The notes under the pieces were generated by a model. It searched no databases, had not been told where the DNA came from, and was given only the letters and a program-made list of their open reading frames with translations. Position numbers and translations under genes: made by a program. A stretch of DNA of 64,000 bases. Source: Octopus sinensis. Its lineage: Eukaryota. The stretch is from the NCBI RefSeq assembly GCF_006345805.1, contig NC_043001.1, positions 13,020,001 through 13,084,000 on the forward strand, written 5' to 3'. Shown in pieces: positions 1 to 13,760 of this stretch; positions within the stretch are counted from its first letter, which is position 1, and the number at the start of each line of letters is the position of its first letter.

Positions 1-166
1 GAAAACCCAACCTTCCGAGTTCTTTTACAGGGCTCGGGAAAATTAAAAGACCACTGCGATAAGTGCATGATACACAGAGGGGAATATGTTGAATGAAATC
101 ATAATTAAATGATCCGCCTGTATTTTCTATTATCTGAAGCCAGGAACTGTTCAGTACCCCGTTGTA
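1..166 (+). mobile_element. Mariner-type transposase 3' end plus probable right terminal inverted repeat
   Basis: Frame 1 reads ...GKLKDHCDKCMIHRGEYVE* (stop 94-96), matching the mariner C-terminal pattern KL..RW.KCI...GEYVE. It is followed by a TIR-like end gaagccaggaactgttcagtaccccgttgta (136-166). Confidence 0.7.
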
Positions 167-199
167 CAGAAAAAATTATGAGTAGACATGTATGAAAAT

Positions 200-1660
200 T
201 GAGGCTAAAATATATTTCTTCTTTGAACGACCACAAACAAGATACCTTTCACAATTTACTCCAAGTATCCAAGCCTCCCATTCTTTCGCAGTTTCCGGTA
301 AGGCCTAGTTTACGCCGAGCTGCAGAATGAAATATTTGATCACTACCTGTTTCGTAGCTTGTCTCACACACTCCAGGTCTGTTCGTACATGTTTACATGT
401 TTTCATATTTGTAGACCCATAGAAACCAATGTTCTTGAATTCATTAGCGGTACGGAATTTTTCCCAGCAGCTGAAGAAACTGGCATGAGATATTTACTGT
501 CGTTGGTTATGTACAGATCGGTTCTTCCCAGCTGGGGCTAAGACGTCTTGCGTATCACACAGTAGATAACCTCCTGATAAAATCCTTTCGTGTTATTAAC
601 CGTCGTTCCAAATCCTCTACATTATTTTCACACTGTATTCCATTTCTTCGTTAATGTTCTGCTACATTTCAAAAGATCCTTAGACACCTCTACCAACTGA
701 ACACATTCTAAAGTCCAGGAATGGGGTACCATGTTAAAAGATTTGTTATAACTGATCTACTTTATACCTACATTCATATATCTATCCTTGCACCAATTCT
801 ATCAGAAGTTGATTGTCTCTCAGTTTTTCCTCCTGGGTCCTATTTATTCTACTGACAGCTTCGCATTCATTTCAAGAAAGTCATGCAAACAATTGGATAT
901 TATTCCAATCATCAACTTCCACATCAGGTGTAGGTAGGGATAGGGTGGTAATTATCCAGTGCATTACCTTTGGCGGGATCCTTTTGGCACAGAACGTTTT
1001 TATATGTGGTCATCCACTTTGGGATTTCCATACTTTGTTGATCATTTTATGCTTTTGCACAGCTATTGTTTGGTGTAATGCTCGGGAATTTTTCAGCCAA
1101 TACATTTCCACCCCATCCAAACCTGGAAATTTCCAATTTGGAACCTTTGCACTTTTCTCCGTCATCACTTCAGTTGTTATCCTTATATTGTTCTGCTTGA
1201 CATCATTTGTCTCCGATCTTCCTTACTTCGACCATTCAACATCTTTCTTATGATATTTTCCGTTATCCCGGATGTTATTCCAAATTCTCCTACTATCCTC
1301 AGCATAAGTTTCCTCACTGCTGGTAACCTTTAGAAGTTATTTCTTTGATCTTTATGATAAACATGTTATATATATTGCCACATTTTGAATAAAGATAAAA
1401 AGTGAGATATATTTGAATTATATATTTATCAGCTAATGATAAAGCCATTTTGGTTTTTGAAAATGTTGTAATAATCTTTTAATTTTATGTTGCTCAAATC
1501 CTTGATCATATTTCTTAATGTCTGCAGTTTCAGCTTGCGGCCTTAGTTCCAGCTCTTCATTTCTTAATCCTATATCCACGTTATAGTTCCTAATGTTTCT
1601 CCTTTCTCACGATTTCACATTGTTTCTTTCTGTCCGGGATGTTGATGTGCTTTTATACTT
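200..1660 (-). mobile_element. Decayed R4/Dong-clade non-LTR retrotransposon (RT region)
   Basis: Minus-strand translations give VPNWKFPGLDGVEMYWLK (~1090-1145), MVPHSWTLECVQL (~695-735) and a KYNI..G...EEL..R..A.A..KKY-like segment (~1500-1620). Many stops and frameshifts; AT-rich interruption at ~1345-1500. Confidence 0.7.
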
Positions 1661-1719
1661 CGTCCATCAGTTGCTTTAGTTGTCAAAGTTAGTTGTCGGA
1701 GCACTGCATCCTTCAAAAC

Positions 1720-2010
<291 letters not shown>

Positions 2011-2445
2011 TTACCTTTCTGTTCCACAAATGCACTTTTGCTACATTATGTTATACAAAGTTTCGTTCAGGACATAGATTACTAGCGTTAATCAATCTAT
2101 CCATTCCAGTTATATTATCTGTAGTCATTTCGTTCACTACTTAATTCACCTTACTCAGTTATTTTATCTTCATTACGTACTTTCACTGAACCAATGAACA
2201 CTGACGTGTGGGCCTTGGGGATATGCTGCGGTTTGTTTTAGTCTAATTTCTACTGAATGAATATCCTTTACGGTAGATGTGTGAGGTGGCTAACAATGAA
2301 GATATGCGTGTGTGGCTAAAATCAAAGGTTTTTTTTTTACTCTCTCATTACTTTCTTTTAATCATTTCACTTACCTGTGCGACAAATTAATACACTAGCT
2401 TGTTGTACATATATCTGTGTTTATTTTTGTTTTTCTATAAATTTC

Positions 2446-2477
<32 letters not shown>

Positions 2478-2504
2478 ATTTATACATATACATACATATA
2501 TACA

Positions 2505-2539
<35 letters not shown>

Positions 2540-2832
2540 TTAGTAAGTCATGGTATCTGGTCATGTATTTATTTGTGTGGGTTTTAGCCATATACAAAAG
2601 CACCTATCTTTGCAGGGATTATAGTATTCAGATACCACGTTCTGTTCAGGTTATCTCATTTTCCACATATTTTGAGTCTATCTCCGTTTCTTTAAAAGAT
2701 ATATTGCCAGCTATCGTGATTGATAAGTAAATTATAAAGGGAAAAATTTTGAGTGGTCCCTGACTGCAATATTTGACATGTTAACTTTCATCTCTCTATG
2801 TGTTTATTATTATTAATAATAACATTATATAT

Positions 2833-2894
2833 GATTGATTGATTGATTGATTCTAGTTTCAGCTCACGAGCTGTGGCCATGCTGGGGCACCGCC
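2833..2894 (-). mobile_element. Very short 5'-truncated CR1-like LINE 3' end with (CAAT)n tail
   Basis: Reverse complement ggcggtgccccagcatggccacagctcgtgagctgaaactaga is nearly identical to the LINE terminus at 27072-27114. It sits in a TA-rich tract. Confidence 0.75.
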
Positions 2895-2921
2895 ATTATA
2901 TATATATATATATATATATAT

Positions 2922-3037
2922 GGCCTGCTAGCTTTGCCAGCGGGCTGGCCTCACTTGAAGGCTAAAACAATGCGAAGCGCATCGTGACCAGCGATGTGTA
3001 ACAACATATAATGGCCTGGTCGGTCACGGTGATCACG

Positions 3038-3042
<5 letters not shown>
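2922..3042 (+). mobile_element. Short retroposon 3' fragment inserted in (TA)n
   Basis: GC-richer 120 bp island between two (TA)n tracts, ending in the duplicated tail cacggtgat-cacggtgat. Confidence 0.45.
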
Positions 3043-3117
<75 letters not shown>

Positions 3118-4697
3118 CAATAGTTGTACAGCAATGCATCAATATTTACTGGAAATACCAGTAAATATACGACGCTATTGTAAAATTTCGCTGTATATAT
3201 ATATACATATATATACTGGCAAAGATATGTGCTGGCAGCGAAAAATCATCTTACCTGTAGGAAGAAATTAGATAAACGTACAACCCAGATGTGGATAATC
3301 TAGGACCTAAGTTTAGAACTATTCAACATACTTTTCTTAGCCACAATTTGATCAGTTCTCTGCTAGATTCACTAAGACAATATTTCAAATTTTGCAGGCA
3401 CCAAATGGATTTCAATAATTAATCTGTAAGAGAAATTTCGTACTCGGGAACCTATAATTTAAGTCTCAGAGACTGAGAGTGGAATTCATCGTTAAAGCGG
3501 GGACGCCAATGAAATATTTGCAAGAGACCGAATTCCGCAGAAAGTAGTCTATGTGCTCGGTAGAGCAATGAATTGCACGGCCTGTTGTAAATTCGTACGA
3601 CATTTAAACACGACATTCGTGTTATTTTCCTTTAAGTCGTGAGGCACTCCTTTCTACTTTCATGATCAATATTCTCTCTCAGCGATTAATCACACCCACC
3701 AAAAGTTTATTAATGTATTTACCTATAATGTGACACTGTCAAACGTTATTACGGTCTTATGTTTCGCAAACGTAATCCGTTTTCTGAAGGCTATTTAACT
3801 AAATTGTAAATTTGATCATCCCATTTCACCACAGCTTACCAAAACAACACCACTAAAATTGTCGTAAGGGTTGTTAATAATTAGATTAAAATGTTATATC
3901 AAAAGATTTATTTGTGTATTATAATTAAAGATGTCTGTTTGTTTTCACTCAAGCTTTAATAGATTAAAGAAGGGAGAGTACGTTCAATGCTATTAGAAAG
4001 TTATTTAATTATCAGTTGTTTTAGCAATTGTTTGAATGGGTCTACCATGCGCCGTTTAATATAATTGAGAAATCTTTTGTCAGTTAAGACGACATGGGTA
4101 GCCTATTAAGTTTATATTCTAAACAGCTTTATTGAGAGGGGAAAACACTCTAGCAATGCATTGTGTTAGTGATTATAGTGAAGATTTTGTTAACTGCCAC
4201 ATTAGAAAGACATTAGTGCTGGAAACATTGTGTAGCCTTTTAATTACCGTATTGCACAGAATCGCATTTACCTAAGCGCACGTAAATCATTACACAGAGA
4301 GTTATTTAATGCTGTTGTTATTATCTGAAACAGAACGGAAAAGCCGTTGATTGGCGGAATCGTTAAAACTTGAGATTAAATGCCTTACAGTAATTATTTA
4401 TCATCTACTGTCCCCAGAGTTCAATTGAAATTCAGTTTACTATTTCTCTCTGAGTTGGAGAAAAAATTAAAGTTTACAGGAACACCTATACAGCAACTTA
4501 CACTGAAACCATGCGCACATTTTAGGATCATCCTTTGTTGAGTTAAACAAAAAGAAGTATAATTAGTTCGATATTTGTTTTACTTGTGCAATTGTATAGT
4601 ATTTCAATAGACAGATGCTCTCAATGTGGCTGTAGTTACAAACCTGTATATATATTTTTTTGCCTGTACTTACAGTAACTCTATATTTTCCATCTGC

Positions 4698-4922
4698 GAG
4701 CTGGCAGAAGCGTTAGCGCGCTGGGCGAAATGCTTAGCGGTATTTCGTCTGTCATAACGTTCTGAGTTCAAATTCCGCCGAGGTCGACTTTGCCTTTCAT
4801 CCTTTCGGGGTCGATAAATTAAGTACCAGTTACGCACTGGGGTTGATGTAATCAACTTAATCCCTTTGTCTGTCCTTGTTTGTCCCCTCTATGTTTAGCC
4901 CCTTGTGGGCAGTAAAGAAATA
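4698..4922 (+). mobile_element. tRNA-headed SINE, family C, with 16-bp TSD
   Basis: gagctggcagaa...gttctgagttcaaattccgcc (B-box-like)...agtaaagaaata. TSD tatattttccatctgc at 4682-4697 and 4923-4938. Confidence 0.85.
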
Positions 4923-5354
4923 TATATTTTCCATCTGCAAAAGAGAAGCCTGCGCTTATAACTGCTGTTGTAGTTGTTGTTTATCATCTTATAATTAACT
5001 GTTCACCTGTTGTGAGATATTTTATTCAACCCGAACAGAGGCAAACATGTCTTTCTGACGCATTAAGGAATTTCCTGCATGAATCATAGGTTTTATGGAG
5101 TTTGCTAATTTAACGAGGGTCTGTATATTGTAATCACTCATCCTAGAAGTTGTTGCATAAGTCTAATATTTCTTTCAACATGTGTTATTTTCTGAAATTA
5201 ACAGTAGAAAGAAAAACAAGAAATATATATATATATAGAAAGAGAGAGAGAGAGAGAGAGAGTGAGTAGGGGTATACACATATATAGAAATATAGAATAG
5301 TGGTATATTTACTAGAAATAGCAGTCGATCATATACTGCGCTGAGTACGTTTAA

Positions 5355-5555
5355 AAGAAAAATAATGAAATTATTGTATACAGTGCTCAGGTGCACCACA
5401 ACTTGTCAAAAAGTGCGTATAAAGCATATGCAGTAATGTACAAATGTCTGGAAAATGAACAGTGTATGAGTCAGATACATGCTTGCGTGTGTATGGGAGG
5501 GAGAACATCAGGTGTAGTGTTGGCGAATTTCAGGAAGCATGGAAGTTTGAAGGTA
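5355..5555 (-). mobile_element. Second copy of the (ATT)n-tailed retroposon 3' end
   Basis: Reverse complement aligns with 1720-1900. Confidence 0.55.
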
Positions 5556-7595
5556 TTGAGTTAAATAATTATGTTGAAGTTCTTCTTTACGAAGAAATAA
5601 AATATATTGTAACTTATTATTTGCAGACAAATATGAGAAATACTTTAAAAGCCGTGTTTACCTCGATTTTGAGACAATTAAAATACAGAAACCGTTTTTA
5701 GTTAAAATTCACTTTTAATTTCCAGTAGTAATTGAATACAACTTCTTTCCGGAATAGTCTGTTATACAGCGATACGCGTCATTGATTTTTTTAACAATGC
5801 ATGAAAATAGTTGAACTTTTTTCTGTAAGGTTAATTGTAAATTATATTATGGACTAAATTATTTGACACTATAATAATTGCGAAAATGTTTCCTCCCTTA
5901 TTTGTAACGCTGTTTTACGTTTATTATGCTTTCTTTTGTTTTTATGCTGTGTGATGTCCATGAAGTATTGTCACAATAATTAATTAATATTTGCTTATTT
6001 TGCTTCTTGCGTCTGGGAGAAAAGGGCGGATGCCATGATCATTATAGACACTCTGAGACTGGTGAGACTAATAAGGTTGGGTCAGATACCAGACGGCAAA
6101 TAATGTGGGGAAGAGAGATTAGTCAAGGTGACTAGTGTCGGACATATTGAGGGGGATCAAATCCTCTGTGAGACTGTGCGTTGAGCCTTTTCTGGGATAT
6201 CTGATACGTGGAGGATCAGATGATATTCTGGTTATGACAGATAAGCAGATACCATTCCAATAATAACAGAAACGACATCTAGGGTATAGGACAACGAGAT
6301 TTCCTCGGATGTGTAATGAAAATATCGGTCTATTAGCCTTTCTCTTGATGCATACATGTTCCTAGGGTCTGTGACTACATCAGCGTCACAGAGAGCGCAA
6401 AGTACTCTCTTCTGTATTTGATACTTGACGTGTAGAACGTCAGCATGTTTCTGGGAACAGAAGTGTGTTTTCTAGCCCTACAAAGATGGGCTAATCTTGA
6501 AGATGTACTCGTAGAAATGTTAATGATTAAGGGTATCCATTAGCCATTAGAGATCATCGCCGGATATGGAGGCACAGCAACTGGAACAATATTGAAAGTA
6601 TTAATTGAATTTCTTCTTTTTGAAAATTATTATTTTATTAGTAAATGTAAATTACCTAGGTTAGTGAGTAGACTAAATAAGCGTGATATAGTAACGCTAT
6701 CTTTTATAAATTTGCTCTGTTCGTAAAGTGGTTAATGCCATTCTGGGATTCAGTGTATAATTTATAACTGGGAATCAGATTTTGAGAGATTGTAATATGA
6801 ATTCCAAATATACTAGGATTTTATTAGAGGATGGGCAGGTGTCAAATGCGGCGACTGTATATCTGTGTAAAGAAAGGGATCTCAGTGCTTAAATAGCAAA
6901 AGAGTCGTTTTATGAAAAGTAACCCCCTTACATATAACTGAAAGCTCCAGCTCTTCTGTACTTAAATCAACAGGAAGCCATTGGTTTAACGTATACTAAA
7001 TATGTCGCATTTTGCCCAAATATCATGTAAAGACATATACGATTGGCGAATTGATAAAAAAAAATAATTAAAAATACGTGTAGGTATTTCGAATGCATTT
7101 TGAATTTATATAAAAATGGTAAACATTTTAGACAGGTTTGCTTTTAGTTCTTTCATGCCACAGGTTTATGTTTATAATAAATGATCTACGTTAACCTATT
7201 TCAGTTAACATACTCATATACTCTCTCTATTATACATACGCGTGGCTATGTAAATTCTTTCAATCATGTTAGATAATCGAGGTGGACTGCAAACTATGTC
7301 TTATTGATTCTGAATGCTAACACAATTCAAGCAATTTGTCGACCTGCCATACTCTGTGTATGTAACTGTGTAAGCTTATAATTGAGTTTATATTTTTTCA
7401 TATATATCTGATATCATCAAACAGTATCGCCTTCTCCAAGTGAACTTATAAACCGATGAACTCAACAAATATTCTGTGACATGGAATCCGAAATTGTTGC
7501 ATAAATATCACATTTCCTTCTCTCTAGTAAAATCAATGAACTAATGACTGTCAACAAACGTCAATATTGATTCTACTTTTTTTATATCACATCTT

Positions 7596-7657
<62 letters not shown>

Positions 7658-8359
7658 TGTATGTATGTATGAATATCTGTATATATATATATACATATAT
7701 ATATATACACATATATATATATACACACATATTCATACACACATACATACATACATACATACATAATATATATATGAATATGTGTATATATATATATACA
7801 TGTATGTATGAATATGTATATATATTATATATATATTATATATATATATATGTTATGTATATGTAAACTAGTACTGTAACTTATGACATAGTTTTAAAAC
7901 TCTATTAGAGGTTACGCTAAGTAAATTAATCTAATGGATATGTATTGATCTTTATCTGAAAAAAGCCATTCAGCAGGCTTGACTCCATTTGCCTTCCAAT
8001 ATAAGTAATACACGAGTCGTAAATATGCGTTGAAATAAATTGACACGCTATCCATATAACAATATCTCCAGTTTAACATTATTTCGAACAATTTAATATG
8101 CATTGCTGAAAAAAATTCTAGCATATGACAACAAGTTTACTTAAATCTGTCATGGTTTATTTTTTTCTTTCTTCTCGTAATTGACTCAGTTTGCACTGCG
8201 AACATACGGATGTTAAAGATGCCGTTGACGTCTACATACACCGAATTGTTAATCTGCTAGTTAACATATCTTTGTTATAATGGTGCTGAGAAAAATGTGA
8301 CCAAAGCATTTTTTTTGTGGGATATATTTGCAAATCTCCCGGTCGACAATAATCCCTCT

Positions 8360-8627
8360 CTCTTTTACTATTTTCACACTTTTACTTGTTTCAGTCATTT
8401 GAAAGCGGCCATGGTGGAGCACCGCCTTTAGTCGAGCAAATCTAATCCAGCATTATTGTTTGTAAGCCTAGTACTTATTCTATCAGTCTCTTTCGCCGAA
8501 CCGCTAAGTTACGGGTACGTAAAAACACCAGCATCGATTGTCAAATGATATTGGGAGGACAAACACACACACACAAACATACAACACACACACACACACG
8601 CACACACACAAACACACACGCACACAC

Positions 8628-8719
<92 letters not shown>

Positions 8720-8909
8720 ATATATAAAATACACAAACATATATACGACGGGCTTCTTCCTGTTTCCGTCTACAAAATCCACTCACAAAGCTTTGGGCGG
8801 CCCGAGGCTATAGTAGAAGACAATTGCCCAAGTTGCCACGCAGTGGGAATGTACCCCGAACCATGTGGTTGGTAAGCAAGCTACCTACCACACAGCCACT
8901 CCTGCGCCT
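8360..8909 (-). mobile_element. SINE family A with expanded internal (TA)n/(TG)n microsatellite
   Basis: Head ggcgcaggagtggctgtgtggtag...; tail ggcggtgctccaccatggccgc...tgaaacaagtaaaag; internal microsatellite at 8545-8740. Confidence 0.85.
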
Positions 8910-9385
8910 ATATTTCACTTATTTATACCAAGTATCTATCAATACAGACTCTGTTACATAACTTTGCCTCATATATCTATATTTTGCAACAGATAATATC
9001 ATATAATGCTAGCTATTGAAATACATTTTTAAAGAAGAGTTGGTTTTACAAATTCAAACAATTATAGAGACGTTTCCTTTGAATTAGTTCGGATAAGATA
9101 CCCGTACCTGATCAATAATAAATGCAGAATCAGTGAATATGTTGGTAGTATTTCCCTTGCATTAGAAAATCGCTGACTCAATTAAATTATTGTACTAAAT
9201 ATACATCTATGTGCACATTGATACATAATTATACAGATGCATACATTTACAGCCATTTATATACACACACGCTCAAACACACACACATACGCATATACAC
9301 CCCCCCCCACACATATATATATATACGTACATGCATACATCCATATATATATACGTACATGCATAAATCCATATATATGTATGTA

Positions 9386-9438
<53 letters not shown>

Positions 9439-10096
9439 CAAACCTTATAGGTTCTTCACCCTGCAGTTAGAGAATGATGTTGCTGTCACTAATTTTAGAA
9501 GTAAATTTAACTTCAATATTCATATATTTAAAGATAATAACGGCATACTGGTATGGACATTGAATATTATGATAAAAATGACGATAATTATACTTTAGAT
9601 GCATGCATTATTTGCATAGTAGTGGTGCAATATTGAGGAGAGAGACGTTGTCTATGTTGGAGATATAACAGTAACAAAGATATAAATGTATTTCGTTTTT
9701 ATTTTATCTGTAATAATACTTTGATTCTCTTCTTTAAAATCAAGATTCTTCCTACATCCAATCTCTGCATGTATTTTCTGTTAAAATGTACAGATGCATT
9801 AAAATTATGGCCATATCTGATCTTCATTTTCATCTATGTTACACACATTCTCCACTTCGTTTTAATGCAATTATATCAAATAATACGTTTGATGTAGTTT
9901 AGTATACTTTATTCTTGGTCATTAAATTTTTTTTTTTTCCATATTTTCAAGTTACCAATGGTTTAGCTCTAGTCTTCACATTAGGTAACTAGACAGAACA
10001 TTTTTGAAGTGAAACTCGTTCGATAAGTAAATAATATTAAGTTCAATATAATATTTTACCAAATATAAATGTTGGGAAGCGTGCCCGAAAACATGC

Positions 10097-10159
<63 letters not shown>

Positions 10160-10198
10160 ATATATATATAGCTATATAATTATTTAAAATATATATAA

Positions 10199-10402
10199 AT
10201 AAGGATAAAATCGATATTTAAAATACCGACTTATCAGGTGGCCAGCATGGGAATACAAAAAAAATTTTTCAAACCTTTCAGCGTGATGGTATCTCTTAAA
10301 TAGCCTAAATATAAATTTTAAATAATTATTACCTTTGAAATGTTTTTATTACCATGCTGGCCACCTGATAGATCGGTTTTTAAATATCGATCTTATCCTT
10401 AT
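10199..10402. mobile_element. Fold-back element (~52-bp imperfect inverted arms) within (TA)n
   Basis: aaggataaaatcgatatttaaaataccgacttatcaggtggccagcatgg (10201-10250) pairs with ccatgctggccacctgatagatcggtttttaaatatcgatcttatcctt (10352-10400). Confidence 0.75.
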
Positions 10403-10435
10403 ATATGTTAAATACATACACACACCCACACACTC

Positions 10436-10505
<70 letters not shown>

Positions 10506-10523
10506 ATAAGATATATATATATA

Positions 10524-11035
10524 CTAGCAGTATCGCCCGGCGTTGCTCGGGTTTGTAAGGGAAATAACTATATAAGTATTTTTAGAGAGTTACTTCCCTT
10601 ATATATGCCAATTCAGGCTTCTTAGCCATTTCTGTTTTGGTGTCTTCAAGCCATGAAGTCGTTGTTCTAAAAGAACGCTGGTCTCCTTGACAACGCTTAC
10701 GACGTTGATTTCTTTACACTCCCTTCCCCACAGCTTCACGAGGGAGGGAAGGGGGAGAGAGCAAACAGGTGCAGCTGTGAGCGTGGAACGCCAACTCCGC
10801 CGCCATCGACACACGAAAAATTATGCATTAAAATGGAATAAAAAATGATGATGTTAAATTATTTTTAAAATCGTAGACTCATCGTTGACGCGCGCTAATA
10901 GCCAGACGGGCTCGATATGAATCACGACTACAAGATACCCGAATTTGGTTAAACTGCACCGCAAAATGTGGGAGGAGTTAGGAATCTAAATCGAAGGGGA
11001 CAGACATTCACAAACTAGAGTTTTATATATATAGA
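10524..11035 (-). mobile_element. Non-autonomous Helitron, copy 1
   Basis: On the minus strand: A|TC 5' end, subterminal hairpin cccgagcaacgccggg, CTAG|T 3' end. No TSD. Confidence 0.8.
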
Positions 11036-11044
11036 TATATATTA

Positions 11045-11111
<67 letters not shown>

Positions 11112-11125
11112 TATATATATATATA

Positions 11126-11634
11126 CTAGCAGTATCGCCCGCGTTGCTCGGGTTTGTAAGGGAAATAACTATATAAGTATTTTTAGAGAGTTACTTCCCT
11201 TATAGATGCCAATTCAGGCTTTCTTAGCCATTTCTGTTTTGGTGGTCTTCAAGCCATGAAGTCGTTGTTCTAAAAGAACGCTGGTCTCCTTGACAACGCA
11301 TTACGACGTTGATTTCTTTACACTCCCTTCCCCACAGCTTCACGAGGGAGGAAGGGGGAGAAGCAAACAGGTGCAGCTGTGAGCGTGGACGCCAACTCCG
11401 CCGCCATCGACACACGAAAAATTATGCATTAAAATGGAATAAAAAATGATGTTAAATTATTTTTAAAATCGTAGACTCATCGTTGACGCGCGCTAATAGC
11501 CAGACGGGCTCGATATGAATCACGACTATAAGATACCCGAATTTGGTTAAACTGCACCGCAAAATGTGGGAGGAGTTAGGAATCTAAATCGAAGGGGACA
11601 GACATTCACACAACTAGAGTTTTATATATATAGA
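11126..11634 (-). mobile_element. Non-autonomous Helitron, copy 2 (tandem near-identical duplicate of copy 1)
   Basis: Same termini; differs from 10524-11035 mostly by 1-3 bp indels. Confidence 0.8.
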
Positions 11635-11673
11635 TTATATATTAATATATTATATATATATATATATTATAAT

Positions 11674-11706
<33 letters not shown>

Positions 11707-12125
11707 TAAGATATATATACGCATATTTGTTCGCGGTGGACTTAAAGAATTAGAAGTGTATAAAGATAGTACATGTTCTCTCTTGTCCCATAATTATATG
11801 TTGTTTATCGGTCCTTGCTGATGAAGAACACAGATAAGCAGACTATTTTATTTGCACATTAATGTCCAAAACCTTAGTACAAGTGGTAACTGTTGAAAAT
11901 GTCTTTAATTCTCACCCCTTTCGAAATTACCCTTAACCGTGGTTTTCACTTTAACTCTTCCTTCTAGCATGTAAGTTGTCCTGTTAGGAGTCACCTCTTT
12001 TGTGTATAAATATACACTGTTTTTAATATATATGTAAAGTCTTAGGGTAGCAAAATATTTATAGAAAAATTCTTTGTTACCAGTGGTCTAGCGAAAAGGA
12101 AACATTTAGTCAATAGACTATACAT

Positions 12126-12357
12126 TATTCAGAGAAGAATACAGTGTACATTCAAACACATAGGAGATAACCAAAAAATAGGATATCTGACTCACTAGAA
12201 AGAGCAGTTAAAACTCCAACCCACTAATAGTTGGAATTCCGAAAGAGAATGAAAAATAAAAACTTTTACCCTATTTGTGGCTTGGAGTTTTAACTGCTCT
12301 TTCTAGTGAGTCAGATATCCTATTTTTTATGTCTTTGATGTACACTGTATTCTTCTC

Positions 12358-12363
<6 letters not shown>
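12126..12363. mobile_element. Fold-back element (~90-100-bp inverted arms) abutting (TA)n
   Basis: Arm 12126-12224 (tattcagagaagaatacagtgtaca...aaactccaacccac) pairs with 12277-12363; spacer about 50 bp. Confidence 0.8.
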
Positions 12364-12453
<90 letters not shown>

Positions 12454-13247
12454 GACAGAGAGACAGAGAGACAGAGAGAGAGGAAGCTGAAGCATCGAGA
12501 CTCTTAGTCGTTCTGTGATTTATGCAAACCATCTAAGTCAAATAATGTCTGTACTCGGCTAATGTACAATGATTATATTTTATTTGGTTTGCACAACTAA
12601 ATATTACTTTCTCAAAATAACATTAAACTTGTCAGATTCTTTGCAACCCGTACTGAATTTTTCAATCTGTTCATTTAATTATTTTATTCTATTATTGAAC
12701 TCAGCGACTGGACTCTTAGTATACGGGATGAAGATAATCGATTGCTTCGAGTTGCATATTCATTAACCTTCAATAATTATTCTTTAATTGACTGGTTCTG
12801 TTCACATTAATTTTGCAAAGTAAAATTAAGTTATGAGATATTGGAACCCTGCACATAAAAGAATTCAACTAACAGCATTTTATTGCCTAAAAGGCGAACA
12901 ATACTCTCCAGCAGTCGGCATAATACATTTATGGTATGTATTTCAATGGATGCCAAACGTCTAAAAAGAAAATGGAAAGGTTACATCAAATGTTGAGAAA
13001 CATATCGTATAAAGCTATCTCATGTCTAACTATAACTATATAGAATTTAAATGTAAGGATTGGTTTTAAATATCTTGGCAGTTCGAGAGAAGATTCTGTC
13101 TGTATAATTATGAGCAATTATAGGCACATCATCATTAATGGCTCCAAAACTGCTATAATTGTACTTAGTAACTTTTCTTTAATAAAGTGAGAACCGTTGG
13201 ACATCTATCCTGCCACTCCACGCAAAATGAACGTGTAAATAACTAAA

Positions 13248-13401
13248 GAGATAGATAGAAAGATAAACAGATTGGTAGATATATAGATAGATAGATAAAC
13301 AGATTGATAGATAATAGATAGATAAACATATTGATAGATAGATAGATAGATAAACAGATTCATAGATATATAGATAAACAGATAGATAGATAGATAGATA
13401 G

Positions 13402-13436
<35 letters not shown>

Positions 13437-13443
13437 ACAGATT

Positions 13444-13488
<45 letters not shown>

Positions 13489-13495
13489 ACAGATT

Positions 13496-13552
<57 letters not shown>

Positions 13553-13559
13553 ACAGATT

Positions 13560-13634
<75 letters not shown>

Positions 13635-13659
13635 CAACAGATTGATAGATAAACAGATT

Positions 13660-13736
<77 letters not shown>

Positions 13737-13760
13737 ACAGATTGATAGATAGGTAGATGG
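13248..13760. repeat. Long compound (GATA)n microsatellite with recurrent GATAAACAGATT variant units
   Basis: Directly visible; source of the spurious 152-aa IYLS ORF. Confidence 0.95.

Noticed and set aside
6000-6620. GC-richer segment that may be a decayed L1/Tx1-like LINE
   Set aside because: Only faint similarity (minus-strand DVVTDPRNM); no diagnostic RT motif recovered.
11810-11850. CTGATGA motif
   Set aside because: No stem II or downstream GAAA; not a hammerhead.
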